A stretch of 63,405 nt of DNA from a virus (taxonomy: Duplodnaviria; Caudoviricetes): the IMG/VR virus record IMGVR_UViG_3300032893_000043, positions 1 to 63,405 of that record, one strand, 5' to 3'. Made by a program: the position numbers and the translations under genes. Below, piece after piece: positions 1 to 8,911 of this stretch. How positions within the stretch are numbered: the stretch's first letter is position 1; each line of letters starts with the position of its first letter. Below the pieces are notes generated by a model. That model saw only the letters and a program-made list of their open reading frames with translations. It was not told the origin of the DNA and searched no databases.

Positions 1-127
1 CGCGCGACGCTAACGTAGGAGGCTCTATTGCCACTTCCTGGTATCGGCGTCGCGCCGGCAGCCGGCGCACTCTACACCGAACTGGCGTCAGCGACGCGCC
101 GCGCTTTTGTGCCGCGGCTCTTTGTGC
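1..127. repeat. Terminal direct repeat, copy 1 (circular assembly overlap)
   Basis: 1..127 is identical to 63279..63405; 127 is a common assembler k-mer length; the overlap splits the scaffold/MCP junction. Confidence 0.95.
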
Positions 128-1068
128 AGATTTATTTCGGTTCGCCGACCCTGTTTTACATGACTGGCAACGCGCAACGCGCGGCCGGCGGCTTGAACCA
201 AATTACGGTTCCGGCGCAAGGCCAGAGCATGGTGCAGGGCCAGTTCACCGGTTATGGCGGCGGTTTCAACTCGCCGGTCATCACGCCCGGTATTCAAAAC
301 CTGCAGTTCAATCTCGCGTACTGGGTGGTGCCGATCCCGCTGCCCTTCGGCGAAACGGTGATCCAGGCGACCGATCGCGAGATTTCGATTCTCAAGGCGC
401 GCATGAACGACGTGTACGCCGTGACTCGCCAGAACATGGCGCGGCTGATTTTCACCAACAACTCCGGCAACCCGCTGCTGCCGAACAGCTATCAGGATGC
501 GTTCGACAACGGGACGAATTTTCCGACCTATGGCGGCATCAACCGCAACGCAGCTGGCTACTCGGCTTTCAAGGGTCAGTACATCAACTTGAATTCTGGT
601 ACGTTCTCGCTTGGGACGACCGGCTTCACGCGCAAGTCGATGTCGACGCTGCTGTCCTACGTCACCGACCAGGCAGGCGGTGAGGCGCCGACATACGTTG
701 TGATGAATCCCGGCGACTATGCGACCCTGAACAACGACTTTATCGGGATCGAACAGATCAACCCGCCGCCGGGTTCGCAGTTCACGATGGATACCGCGGT
801 GCGGTCGAGCTTCCCGAACCTTTTCGTGTCGGGCGTTCCGATCTTCGCCGACCACTTCGTGCCGCAGGGCAACGTCTACGGTGTCAACGTCAAGTACACC
901 TCGATGTATCTTAGCGAGGACGCGGCGTTCGACTTCTCGGGTTTCTACTCCTTGGTGCCGCTCGGTCAGATTGGGCAGCAGGGCGTGGTCGTCGTCGGCT
1001 ATGATATCATCACGGCAAAACCGTCCTCGGGTTTCTGGGGATACAATTTGCTCGGCAACCAGTACTAA
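28..1068 (+). CDS. Major capsid protein
   Basis: 346 aa, TTG start after AGGAGG, directly downstream of the scaffold-like gene on the circle; YGGINR motif and HK97-type MCP character. Confidence 0.85.
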   Translation: MPLPGIGVAPAAGALYTELASATRRAFVPRLFVQIYFGSPTLFYMTGNAQRAAGGLNQITVPAQGQSMVQGQFTGYGGGFNSPVITPGIQNLQFNLAYWVVPIPLPFGETVIQATDREISILKARMNDVYAVTRQNMARLIFTNNSGNPLLPNSYQDAFDNGTNFPTYGGINRNAAGYSAFKGQYINLNSGTFSLGTTGFTRKSMSTLLSYVTDQAGGEAPTYVVMNPGDYATLNNDFIGIEQINPPPGSQFTMDTAVRSSFPNLFVSGVPIFADHFVPQGNVYGVNVKYTSMYLSEDAAFDFSGFYSLVPLGQIGQQGVVVVGYDIITAKPSSGFWGYNLLGNQY

Positions 1069-1080
1069 GGAGATCGCACG

Positions 1081-2262
1081 ATGCCGGCTCCCCTCTCAGG
1101 TCCGGGCCTTGGGCTTCAAATCCCACAGAACCTCTATCCGACCGAGCTCACGAATGCGCCGCCGGATGCGGGCACGAATCGTGTCGCTCTTGCGCCTGGC
1201 GAGCAGCTGCCGATCCCGGCCGGCGACTGGTACATCTCGCTGGGGATGTACTGCGTGCTGCAATTTCTGGATCCGGTCACGGGCGTCTGGGTCACTACTT
1301 CGAGCGCGGCGTATGATCGTGGCATTCAGTTCGTCAAAAGCGATGGCTTCACTCTGCGCATTGCGAACTTGACGGGGTGTCCGACCGGCGCCGCGGTCAC
1401 GAACCAAGGCTCGAACTACGTTCAGGCTTCGACCACGATCGCCGTGACTGGCGGCGGTGGGTCGCTGTGGACGCCGCTCGTCGGCGGCGCGCTCGGTTTC
1501 TCGTCGGTGGTAACGGCGAACGCTGGTGCCGGCTACGGTGTTGCCCCGATCGTCTTTATCCCGCCACCTCCTCCGGCGTCCAACAACCCGAACGGCGTCG
1601 GCGGCATCCAAGCGTCCGGTTATTGCGGCATTTCGAGCGGCACGGTGAGCGGCTTCACGTTCACCAACCCTGGCGCCGGCTATCCGACAGCGCCGACTCC
1701 GGTAATTTTGCCGAATCCGACCGATCCGAACATCAATACCGGCATCACCGCGGCGACGCTGGCGTTCTCGCTGATTACCGGCGGCGGTATTACCGGTGCG
1801 CTTTGCACGAACAATGGGGCGCCGTTGTCGAACCCAAACAACATCACGCTGACCGTCAGCGGTGCGGGTACGAACGCGACGCTGACGCCGTTCTCGATGC
1901 AGACCGTCACAACGGCATCGGTTTCGACCGGTGCTGCGGCCGGCTTTGGCACGATTTCGGCGCTGCTCACCACCATCGGCGGCGTCCCGCCGCAAGGCAC
2001 GATCACCAACGCGCCGGATTATCTCCGGCTTGGCTGGCTCCCGCGCCCGGCGCAGATTGGCTTGGCCGTGACCGGCGCGGGTTCGCTGGCGCCGCAGGTC
2101 GGCACCATCTACGACGGCGGCTTGTTCAACACCAACGCCGTGCCGAACTTCGTGGTTGCGACGACGCCGGGCCTTGCCGGCACCGGTACGATCAACATCT
2201 CGACAATCGCGCTCACGATGGGCAGCGCCGCAGATATCGTGGTCATGCAACCGGCTCCGTAA
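1081..2262 (+). CDS. Virion structural protein (Gly/Thr/Pro-rich; possible capsid decoration)
   Basis: 393 aa right after MCP with AGGAG RBS; beta-rich with TNxGxGY repeats. Confidence 0.6.
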   Translation: MPAPLSGPGLGLQIPQNLYPTELTNAPPDAGTNRVALAPGEQLPIPAGDWYISLGMYCVLQFLDPVTGVWVTTSSAAYDRGIQFVKSDGFTLRIANLTGCPTGAAVTNQGSNYVQASTTIAVTGGGGSLWTPLVGGALGFSSVVTANAGAGYGVAPIVFIPPPPPASNNPNGVGGIQASGYCGISSGTVSGFTFTNPGAGYPTAPTPVILPNPTDPNINTGITAATLAFSLITGGGITGALCTNNGAPLSNPNNITLTVSGAGTNATLTPFSMQTVTTASVSTGAAAGFGTISALLTTIGGVPPQGTITNAPDYLRLGWLPRPAQIGLAVTGAGSLAPQVGTIYDGGLFNTNAVPNFVVATTPGLAGTGTINISTIALTMGSAADIVVMQPAP

Positions 2263-2496
2263 ATGGCCGAGACGTTCAGCATTGGTGTAACAGGGGTGGA
2301 AGCGGATAGCCGCTTCCAACTGGCCAAGCAGTTGACCATCGGCGATTCCGTTTGCGCGAGCGCAGGCGACGAACAGAATGCCATGCAGACCAATACGCAA
2401 TTTTTGGTCAAGATGCCGGATGGCAGCAAGGTGTGGCATACCTACGACGCAGAACGGTCAATTCCCGGTGTCTCTCTGGTGCTCAAGCGCGTATAA
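2263..2496 (+). CDS. Hypothetical virion-module protein
   Basis: 77 aa, abuts the previous stop codon. Confidence 0.6.
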   Translation: MAETFSIGVTGVEADSRFQLAKQLTIGDSVCASAGDEQNAMQTNTQFLVKMPDGSKVWHTYDAERSIPGVSLVLKRV

Positions 2497-2520
2497 CGAT
2501 GGCAGAAAGGTCTTTCTGCC

Positions 2521-3291
2521 GTGCTGACATCTTACGAAACCGATCTCCAAAATCTACTACAGCTTCCGCAAGCGCCGACGACGCTTTATCCAACGGCATC
2601 ACTCGACCGTTGGATCAACATCGCTCGCGGACAGCTCTCTGGCGAAGCTGAATGTATCCGCGCAATCGGAACCATACCAACTGTTGTCGGGCAGCGCGCT
2701 TACAACTTTTCGAGCATCACTTTCGGAACGCCGAGCGCGACGGGCATCCAGGGTGCGATCAACGTTCGACGAATCAGTTACAACGTCGGTGCGGGGACGC
2801 AATGGATGACGCCGCGCGAGTGGGAGTATTACGATCTCTACCATCTCAATAACGTGGTCCCGGTCAACGGGCCGCCGACCGTATGGGCACAGTATGCGCA
2901 GGGTGCCGCCACTCCGGCAAGCGGCTCCGCGGCCTCGGGGTCATTCTATATCGATCCGCCCCCGGACGCGGTCTATACACTAAATTGCGACTGCACCTGT
3001 TACCCGATCACGCTGACGAACGATTCGACGGTCGAGGCAATTCCCTATTTGTGGACCGACGCCGTGCCGTTCTTTGCCGCGTATTATGCGTTTCTGACGG
3101 CGCAGACTGGAGCGCGCACCGCTGACGCCGAGCGGATGTACGGGTATTACAAAGAGTTTGTGAACCGAGCTCGTCAGGCGTCAAACCCGAGCGTCAACCG
3201 TACGCAATACGAACAGGCGGCCGATCCCGCGTCGATCAATAAGCTTGGCGTGCAGCGCTCGATGCAAGGCGGCGGGGGCGGTGCGCAATGA
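2521..3291 (+). CDS. Head-tail adaptor-like protein (paralog 1)
   Basis: WINIAR N-terminal helix and IPYLWTDAVPFFAAY C-terminal motif typical of podovirus adaptor proteins; position. Confidence 0.65.
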   Translation: MLTSYETDLQNLLQLPQAPTTLYPTASLDRWINIARGQLSGEAECIRAIGTIPTVVGQRAYNFSSITFGTPSATGIQGAINVRRISYNVGAGTQWMTPREWEYYDLYHLNNVVPVNGPPTVWAQYAQGAATPASGSAASGSFYIDPPPDAVYTLNCDCTCYPITLTNDSTVEAIPYLWTDAVPFFAAYYAFLTAQTGARTADAERMYGYYKEFVNRARQASNPSVNRTQYEQAADPASINKLGVQRSMQGGGGGAQ

Positions 3292-4217
3292 CCACGCTGT
3301 TCGACTACCAGCAACAGGCGCAGCGCTTCCTTCGCGAGAAGAAGCAGGATCTGATCAACCCACAAGACTTGGTTGTTTACATCAACCGGGCGCGTCGCGA
3401 AGTCGCGATGCGAACGCAGTGCATTCGCGTTCTGACGCAGGTCAGCGCACCGATCGTCAGCGCAACTGTCATCACGCCAGGCTCGGGTTATAGCAATCTT
3501 CCGGTGATCGCGATCACGCCGCCGGATTTTCCGAGCGGCACGGGAGCGTTTCCGAATGGCGCGCAAGCGACGGCGCAGGCCATCGTGCAGAATGGGACGA
3601 TCGCCGCGGTCGACATCGTCAATGGCGGCTCGGGGTATTTTCAGCCGCTGGCGACGGTGACGGATTCGACGGGGACTGGTGCGTCGATATCGCTTTATAC
3701 GGGGCCGGTGAATCAGCTCAACGTGGCCCAAGAAGTCTACCCGTTTTCCGGCGTGTATCTTGGTGCAAATCCCGGCGTCAAATCAGTATTTGCGGTGCAG
3801 GGCATCAGTGTTATCTATCAAAATTACCGGTATTCGCTGCCAGTGTATAGCTTTACCGACTATCAAGCGATGATTCGGCAGTATCCGTTCCAATATCAAT
3901 ACGTTCCTACATTTGCTTCGCAGTACGGGCAAGGCACTTCCGGCTCTTTTTACGTCTATCCGTTACCGAGCCAAGTGTATCAATACGAGCTTGATTGTTA
4001 TTGTTTGCCTTCTGATCTCGCAACTAATAACGATTTTGAAGTAATACCTGACCCTTGGACCGACTCGGTTTCGTATTTCTCAGCGCATCTGGGAATGCTC
4101 GACATTCAGAATATGAACGCGGCAAAAATGTACTTGGAGTTGTTTGAAAAGCAGCTTGGCATTTACTCGCATTCCGCGCGTATCGGCCGGCGGGTCAACA
4201 TCTATGGAAGATATTAA
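3288..4217 (+). CDS. Head-tail adaptor-like protein (paralog 2) with inserted GSGY beta domain
   Basis: YINRAR and IPDPWTDSVSYFSA align with paralog 1; ATGA overlap. Confidence 0.65.
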   Translation: MTTLFDYQQQAQRFLREKKQDLINPQDLVVYINRARREVAMRTQCIRVLTQVSAPIVSATVITPGSGYSNLPVIAITPPDFPSGTGAFPNGAQATAQAIVQNGTIAAVDIVNGGSGYFQPLATVTDSTGTGASISLYTGPVNQLNVAQEVYPFSGVYLGANPGVKSVFAVQGISVIYQNYRYSLPVYSFTDYQAMIRQYPFQYQYVPTFASQYGQGTSGSFYVYPLPSQVYQYELDCYCLPSDLATNNDFEVIPDPWTDSVSYFSAHLGMLDIQNMNAAKMYLELFEKQLGIYSHSARIGRRVNIYGRY

Positions 4218-4429
4218 TGAGTTTTTGCCCACGTACCGTGAAACTTACGCGCGGCTTGACAGTAAGCGGCGTAGGCTTCTTTAGCGCTGTTGAACGAGCC
4301 GAGATTATGCCTGTATCCGTTCAGCTTAATGCCGGCGATGTAGACTCCGCGGCGCCGATCAAAACAAACGCCCTTGTACCCAGTGGCTGTCAGATCGCAA
4401 AGCGCGTTTTTGTGCCCGCGTTTCATCAC
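4214..4429 (-). CDS. Stand-alone AP2 DNA-binding domain (HNH-AP2 endonuclease remnant?)
   Basis: TGYKGV..YIAGIKLNG..NLGSFNSAKEAYAAYCQAARKFHG is the AP2 signature of phage HNH-AP2 proteins; no HNH domain present. Confidence 0.75.
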   Translation of the reverse strand: MMKRGHKNALCDLTATGYKGVCFDRRRGVYIAGIKLNGYRHNLGSFNSAKEAYAAYCQAARKFHGTWAKTH

Positions 4430-4461
4430 ACTTTGTTAATCTCAGGGGGAGGTACTGTCAA

Positions 4462-6777
4462 GTGACCCTCTCCAACCCTCCCCGCGCCCAAGAGCCGCAA
4501 GAAAACGCTTATGCGCCTCCGCTCCCAGCGCCGCAGATCATGGAACAGTTCGGCGGGGTCAACACCTCGACGACGCGAGCGGGCGTGCCCGACGCGATGT
4601 GTTACTGGATCGACGGCTTCATGCCGGTCGCTCCGCGCAATCTCCGGACGCTCCCAGGCGCGGGCGCGCAGCTCCGTGGCGCGTTCGGCATCCTGACCAT
4701 CGTGATGTTTGGCTTCTACAATATCGGCTCGACGCCCTACGCCGTTTATTTTTTGTCGGACGGCTCGGTGCAGACCGTCAACACCACGGGCACGCCAGTC
4801 ACGACGCAGATTCTCCCGCCGCAAACTATTATCTTGGCTTCTATCACCAACATGGGTTTTGCGCAGTGGGGGCAAAATTATTTGCTCATTGCTGCCAATC
4901 AGCCAAACGGCTATTGGATATGGGACGGCACGAATGTCTACAGCGCGGGCTCGTTGTCGCCGATCGTCACGCTGACAAGCCCTGGTTCAGGTTACCAGAC
5001 GGTCCCGTCCGTCACTGCCTCAGGCGGTTCTGGTATGGGCGCGACGTTTGCTGCGCAGATTGCCAACGGTGTCGTGACGAGCGTTTCCATCACCAACCCC
5101 GGTTCGGGATATCTTGCCGGACAATCTGTCAGTCTCGTGTTTCTTGGCGGCACCGCCTCGGGCAGAAACGCGACCTTGACGGCCAATATGGCGCACGCTT
5201 CTGGGAGCGGGGCATCAATATCATTGACCGTTCAATCATTTCGTTTTCAAGCAGGCGGTGAACTTTTTTACAACATAGTCGCTGCCGCAATCACAGCTGT
5301 CGGGTCTAATTATTCGCCCTTTACGACCGCTGGTGTTAACGAATCAGGCCAACCTTGTAATATAAATCTAACCATAAACCAGGGTACGATAGCTGGTCTT
5401 GCGCTTAGTGGAGTAGTTTACTCCGGTGGATATGGGCTATACGCAAATCCACCCCCGACTGCCGCAATTATTACCGACAATGGCGAGTATTATGTTTCGT
5501 CGGTGTCGATCAATGCCCCCGGCAGCGGTTATAGCAACTCGGCTTCGATCACCTCGACCGGTGGCGGCGCGAGCATCGTCGCGCAAGCTTCTTTTTCGCC
5601 GATCATAGCTGGTGGCACGATATCGTCCGTTGTCGTGACCAACCCCGGTATTTTCGGCAGCAACGTTGCGCCGACGTTGGCAGTTGTCGACACAACGGCA
5701 AACGCTGCAGCGACAGTATCGCTCATGCCTTTCGGCGTTTCTGGCACTGCGATCGAAACCTACCAAGGTCGCGCCTGGGTCGCCAACGGTCCAACGGTGT
5801 ATTTCGCTGCCCCTGGCTCTTTTACAAATTTTGCCACGTCGAGCGGCGGCGGCAATTTCACTTCCGGCGATAATTTTTTGAAAGTGAACTACGTCCGACT
5901 CGTCAATACCAATGGTTTCCTTTATTTGGTTGCCGACTCATCGATGAATTACATTTCCGGTGTGACAACATCGGGCACGCCACCGGTTACGACGTTCACC
6001 AATCAGAACGCCGATCCCGAGGCTGGTACGCCATATCCGGCATCTGTGCTCACACGCGGACGCGACATCGTGCTCGCAAATTCGTTCGGCGTGCATATGA
6101 GCCGCGGCGCTGGGCTCGACAAAGTCAGCGAAGCGCTCGACGGCGTTTGGAATAGCGTTGCTAATTTCGGTAGTTTGTCGCAGCTGTCGTCGGCGAAAGC
6201 GACGGTGTTCGGTAAAAAAATCTGGATGGTGCTCGCGCAAATTGTCGACCCGGTCAGCAATGCGACGGCCAACAAGCTTTTAATCTGGAACGGCAAGGAA
6301 TGGTACGCCTCGGTTCAAGACTTCGGCCCGCTGACGTTTATTGCCACTCAGGAAATCAACTCGGTGCTCACGGCGTGGGGCACGGACGGCAACGTGATCC
6401 GGCCGCTGTTTCAATCGGCGTCGACCGGCTTTCAAAAAACCGTGCAATCGCGTTATTGGGATGAGCCGGGCGGTTATCAGTTCAGCAAAGCAACCGGCCG
6501 CTTCTGGTCGGTATGGAATTACAATGTCGCAGGCAGCTTGAATATTATCGCTAACATTGATGCGGTCGGCATTCAAGGAACCAACGGGATGACGTTTACC
6601 AACACGGCGTCGTATACGATCCCGTCACCGTCCGGCGCCGGTTATTTCGTGACCCCGCCGCAAGCGGTGGGGCAGCAAGGCGTGCTGACCGGCATGACAA
6701 TCCAAACCAATGAGGCTGACGTGTCGCTCGTGAGCGCGATGATCCAGGGTGACCCGCGCATTTCGTATCGAGGTTAA
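4462..6777 (+). CDS. Tail nozzle / DNA stabilization protein (P22 gp10-like) with GSGY-repeat insertion
   Basis: 771 aa, FGGVNT N-terminal motif, beta-propeller-like composition, position after adaptors. Confidence 0.65.
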   Translation: MTLSNPPRAQEPQENAYAPPLPAPQIMEQFGGVNTSTTRAGVPDAMCYWIDGFMPVAPRNLRTLPGAGAQLRGAFGILTIVMFGFYNIGSTPYAVYFLSDGSVQTVNTTGTPVTTQILPPQTIILASITNMGFAQWGQNYLLIAANQPNGYWIWDGTNVYSAGSLSPIVTLTSPGSGYQTVPSVTASGGSGMGATFAAQIANGVVTSVSITNPGSGYLAGQSVSLVFLGGTASGRNATLTANMAHASGSGASISLTVQSFRFQAGGELFYNIVAAAITAVGSNYSPFTTAGVNESGQPCNINLTINQGTIAGLALSGVVYSGGYGLYANPPPTAAIITDNGEYYVSSVSINAPGSGYSNSASITSTGGGASIVAQASFSPIIAGGTISSVVVTNPGIFGSNVAPTLAVVDTTANAAATVSLMPFGVSGTAIETYQGRAWVANGPTVYFAAPGSFTNFATSSGGGNFTSGDNFLKVNYVRLVNTNGFLYLVADSSMNYISGVTTSGTPPVTTFTNQNADPEAGTPYPASVLTRGRDIVLANSFGVHMSRGAGLDKVSEALDGVWNSVANFGSLSQLSSAKATVFGKKIWMVLAQIVDPVSNATANKLLIWNGKEWYASVQDFGPLTFIATQEINSVLTAWGTDGNVIRPLFQSASTGFQKTVQSRYWDEPGGYQFSKATGRFWSVWNYNVAGSLNIIANIDAVGIQGTNGMTFTNTASYTIPSPSGAGYFVTPPQAVGQQGVLTGMTIQTNEADVSLVSAMIQGDPRISYRG

Positions 6778-6778
6778 A

Positions 6779-6973
6779 ATGAGTGAGTATGAAACTATGC
6801 GTCGTTTCGACGCTGAAACCAAAAAATGGAATTACATTATTTGTCGGGTTGACCAAAAGACTGCTTCCGGAATGAGCATAACAATGGTTGCCGGGGAGGA
6901 ATTTAATACTGAGGCAGCCGGTGAAAAATGGGCAAAAGAAACCTTAGCAGCCAGACCGTGGGTCACGCACTGA
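6779..6973 (+). CDS. Hypothetical protein
   Basis: ATG 6779 just after the nozzle stop; 64 aa, low GC. Confidence 0.5.
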   Translation: MSEYETMRRFDAETKKWNYIICRVDQKTASGMSITMVAGEEFNTEAAGEKWAKETLAARPWVTH

Positions 6974-7311
6974 TGGCGCTTGCGCAGCTGAGCGAGATCC
7001 CGCTGACGCACGAGGATGTGCAACGCTGGTCATTTGCGCATATGGCGAACCATCTCGATATAATCCGGCGTGTGCAGGAGACCAAGCAGATTACCCTGAA
7101 CGCCTTTCCGCTCGATCCGTTCGACCCCAACAATCTGGGACAGTGGCTTTACCAGCATTCGGTCATGCACGCCCAAATGGACCTCGTTTTAGGCATTGCC
7201 GGATATGACCTTTTGAGCCTAGACTGGCGAGACGAGGACCAACTGATCCAGTGGATCGGTTTCAACGTCGATGAGCACATCCAAGCTGGTCGAATTCTAG
7301 GGATCGCATGA
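6973..7311 (+). CDS. Hypothetical virion-module protein (His-rich)
   Basis: TGATG coupling; 112 aa. Confidence 0.6.
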   Translation: MALAQLSEIPLTHEDVQRWSFAHMANHLDIIRRVQETKQITLNAFPLDPFDPNNLGQWLYQHSVMHAQMDLVLGIAGYDLLSLDWRDEDQLIQWIGFNVDEHIQAGRILGIA

Positions 7312-7769
7312 TGACAGCTGCAGCGCAACGCGTCGGTATCGAGCTTCCCGCAATCAGCCGTTTCGATCTCGGCGACCTGTCGCGACACGGCGCCTGGCTG
7401 ATCCCCCGGCTGACGACTGCGCTTGAGCTTCCCGAGCAGCGTTTGGGTGCGTGGCTTCGCAGCATGATCGACACCAACGAGCATCTGTTCTTGCAGCAGG
7501 AGCACTCGGTTGCGCTCGCCGAAGTGCAGCGCGCCAACGGGCTTGGCGACAAGCCGATCGTGCGCGAGCGGTTCGTGCTGTGCGAGGACATCGACAATCC
7601 CGATCACGTCAAGGAAGCCGCCGGCTTTTATGACGAGTTCGCGCGCTGGGCAAAAAATCTCGGCGCCGAGATCATTCTGGTCGAGGAACTGAGCAACGTT
7701 CCGCACGAGGTGATCAAGGAAAAGCTCGGGCGCATTTTTGTTCGTGAGCAGAAATTCGCGAGGGTCTAA
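7308..7769 (+). CDS. GNAT-like / internal virion protein A-like protein
   Basis: 153 aa preceding ejection proteins; FARWAKNLGAE motif resembles a GNAT C-terminus. Confidence 0.45.
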   Translation: MMTAAAQRVGIELPAISRFDLGDLSRHGAWLIPRLTTALELPEQRLGAWLRSMIDTNEHLFLQQEHSVALAEVQRANGLGDKPIVRERFVLCEDIDNPDHVKEAAGFYDEFARWAKNLGAEIILVEELSNVPHEVIKEKLGRIFVREQKFARV

Positions 7770-8911
7770 TGAGCTGGCTTTCGAGTCTCGGGCATGACAT
7801 CGCCAATGTCTGGAACGATCAGCCGAATTGGGCTAAAGGACTTGAGATCGGTGCGGGTGCGCTTCTCGGTGGCGGCGCTATTGCCGGGCTCGCGGGTTTG
7901 GGCGGCGGTGCAGCCGTTGCCGGCGGGGCGGCCGACGTCGCCGCAACCGGCGGCGGTTTCGATCTAGCGACGATCGGCCCTGGCGTGACGGAAGCGGGTG
8001 GGGCGCTAACCGGTGCGGATGCTGCCGGCGGGGTGGCGCTGGGATTTGCTGGCGACGCAGCTGCAGGGGGCTCTGGAATCGACACCATCAACGCGGCGCT
8101 CGGCATTACCGGCGGTGCCGGAGGCAGTGACGCAGGCTCGGCGCTCGCCTTGGCTGCGCCCGATGCTGCCCCCCTTGGGACGACCGCAGGGGCCGCCGCG
8201 GGGTCGGCACCGCTGAGTCTTTCCGCCGACGCCGGCTACGATCTGAGCACGATCGGCCCTGGCGTGAGCTCGACCGGCGGTGCAGTGACCGGCGCGACGC
8301 CCGCTGCAAGCACTCCCAGCTTTTGGGACTCGCTTGTCAGCGGCGCGAAAGGGTCGCTGACCAAGAACCCGCTTGGCATCGCCGCGGCGGGCGCTGGACT
8401 GGGGCTGAGTTTCCTGCGAGGCAATAAGACGGATCCTAACCAACAAGCGCTGCAGGCCGAGGCGCCGCAGTTGCTGGCGCAAGGCCAGGCGCTGACCGCG
8501 TCGGGGCAGCAGTTGCAGACCTATCTCACGAGCGGCACGCTGCCGCCGGCCTTGCAGAGTCAGGTCACATCGGCGGTGGAGGCCGAGAAGGCACGCATCA
8601 TCCAGAATCACGCCTCGAACGGGGAGAATACCAACCCGGCACAGAACAGTGCGCTCGCCGCCGAGTTGTCGCAAGCCGACATCAACGGGATCAATCTTGG
8701 CGGCCAATTGGAGCAGCAACTGTTCACCGCCGGCAATCAGCTTCTGCAGACTGGCGTCCATGAGACGGGTTTGTCCACGCAGCTCTACGAGACGTTGACC
8801 AAGATGGACGAAGCGAATACCACGCAACTGATGTCGGCCATTGCAAGCATGGCGGCGGCGCTTGGTGGCGGAACTAAGATTCAGATCGGCGGCGCGACCG
8901 CCACGGCATAA
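7769..8911 (+). CDS. DNA ejection (internal virion) protein
   Basis: 380 aa, Gly/Ala-rich with hydrophobic segments and Gln-rich helices; internal repeat G[FY]DLxTIGPGV. Confidence 0.6.
   Translation: MSWLSSLGHDIANVWNDQPNWAKGLEIGAGALLGGGAIAGLAGLGGGAAVAGGAADVAATGGGFDLATIGPGVTEAGGALTGADAAGGVALGFAGDAAAGGSGIDTINAALGITGGAGGSDAGSALALAAPDAAPLGTTAGAAAGSAPLSLSADAGYDLSTIGPGVSSTGGAVTGATPAASTPSFWDSLVSGAKGSLTKNPLGIAAAGAGLGLSFLRGNKTDPNQQALQAEAPQLLAQGQALTASGQQLQTYLTSGTLPPALQSQVTSAVEAEKARIIQNHASNGENTNPAQNSALAAELSQADINGINLGGQLEQQLFTAGNQLLQTGVHETGLSTQLYETLTKMDEANTTQLMSAIASMAAALGGGTKIQIGGATATA

Noticed and set aside
1-127. Biological terminal repeat
   Set aside because: The length equals a common k-mer size and it cuts through coding sequence; most likely an assembly overlap
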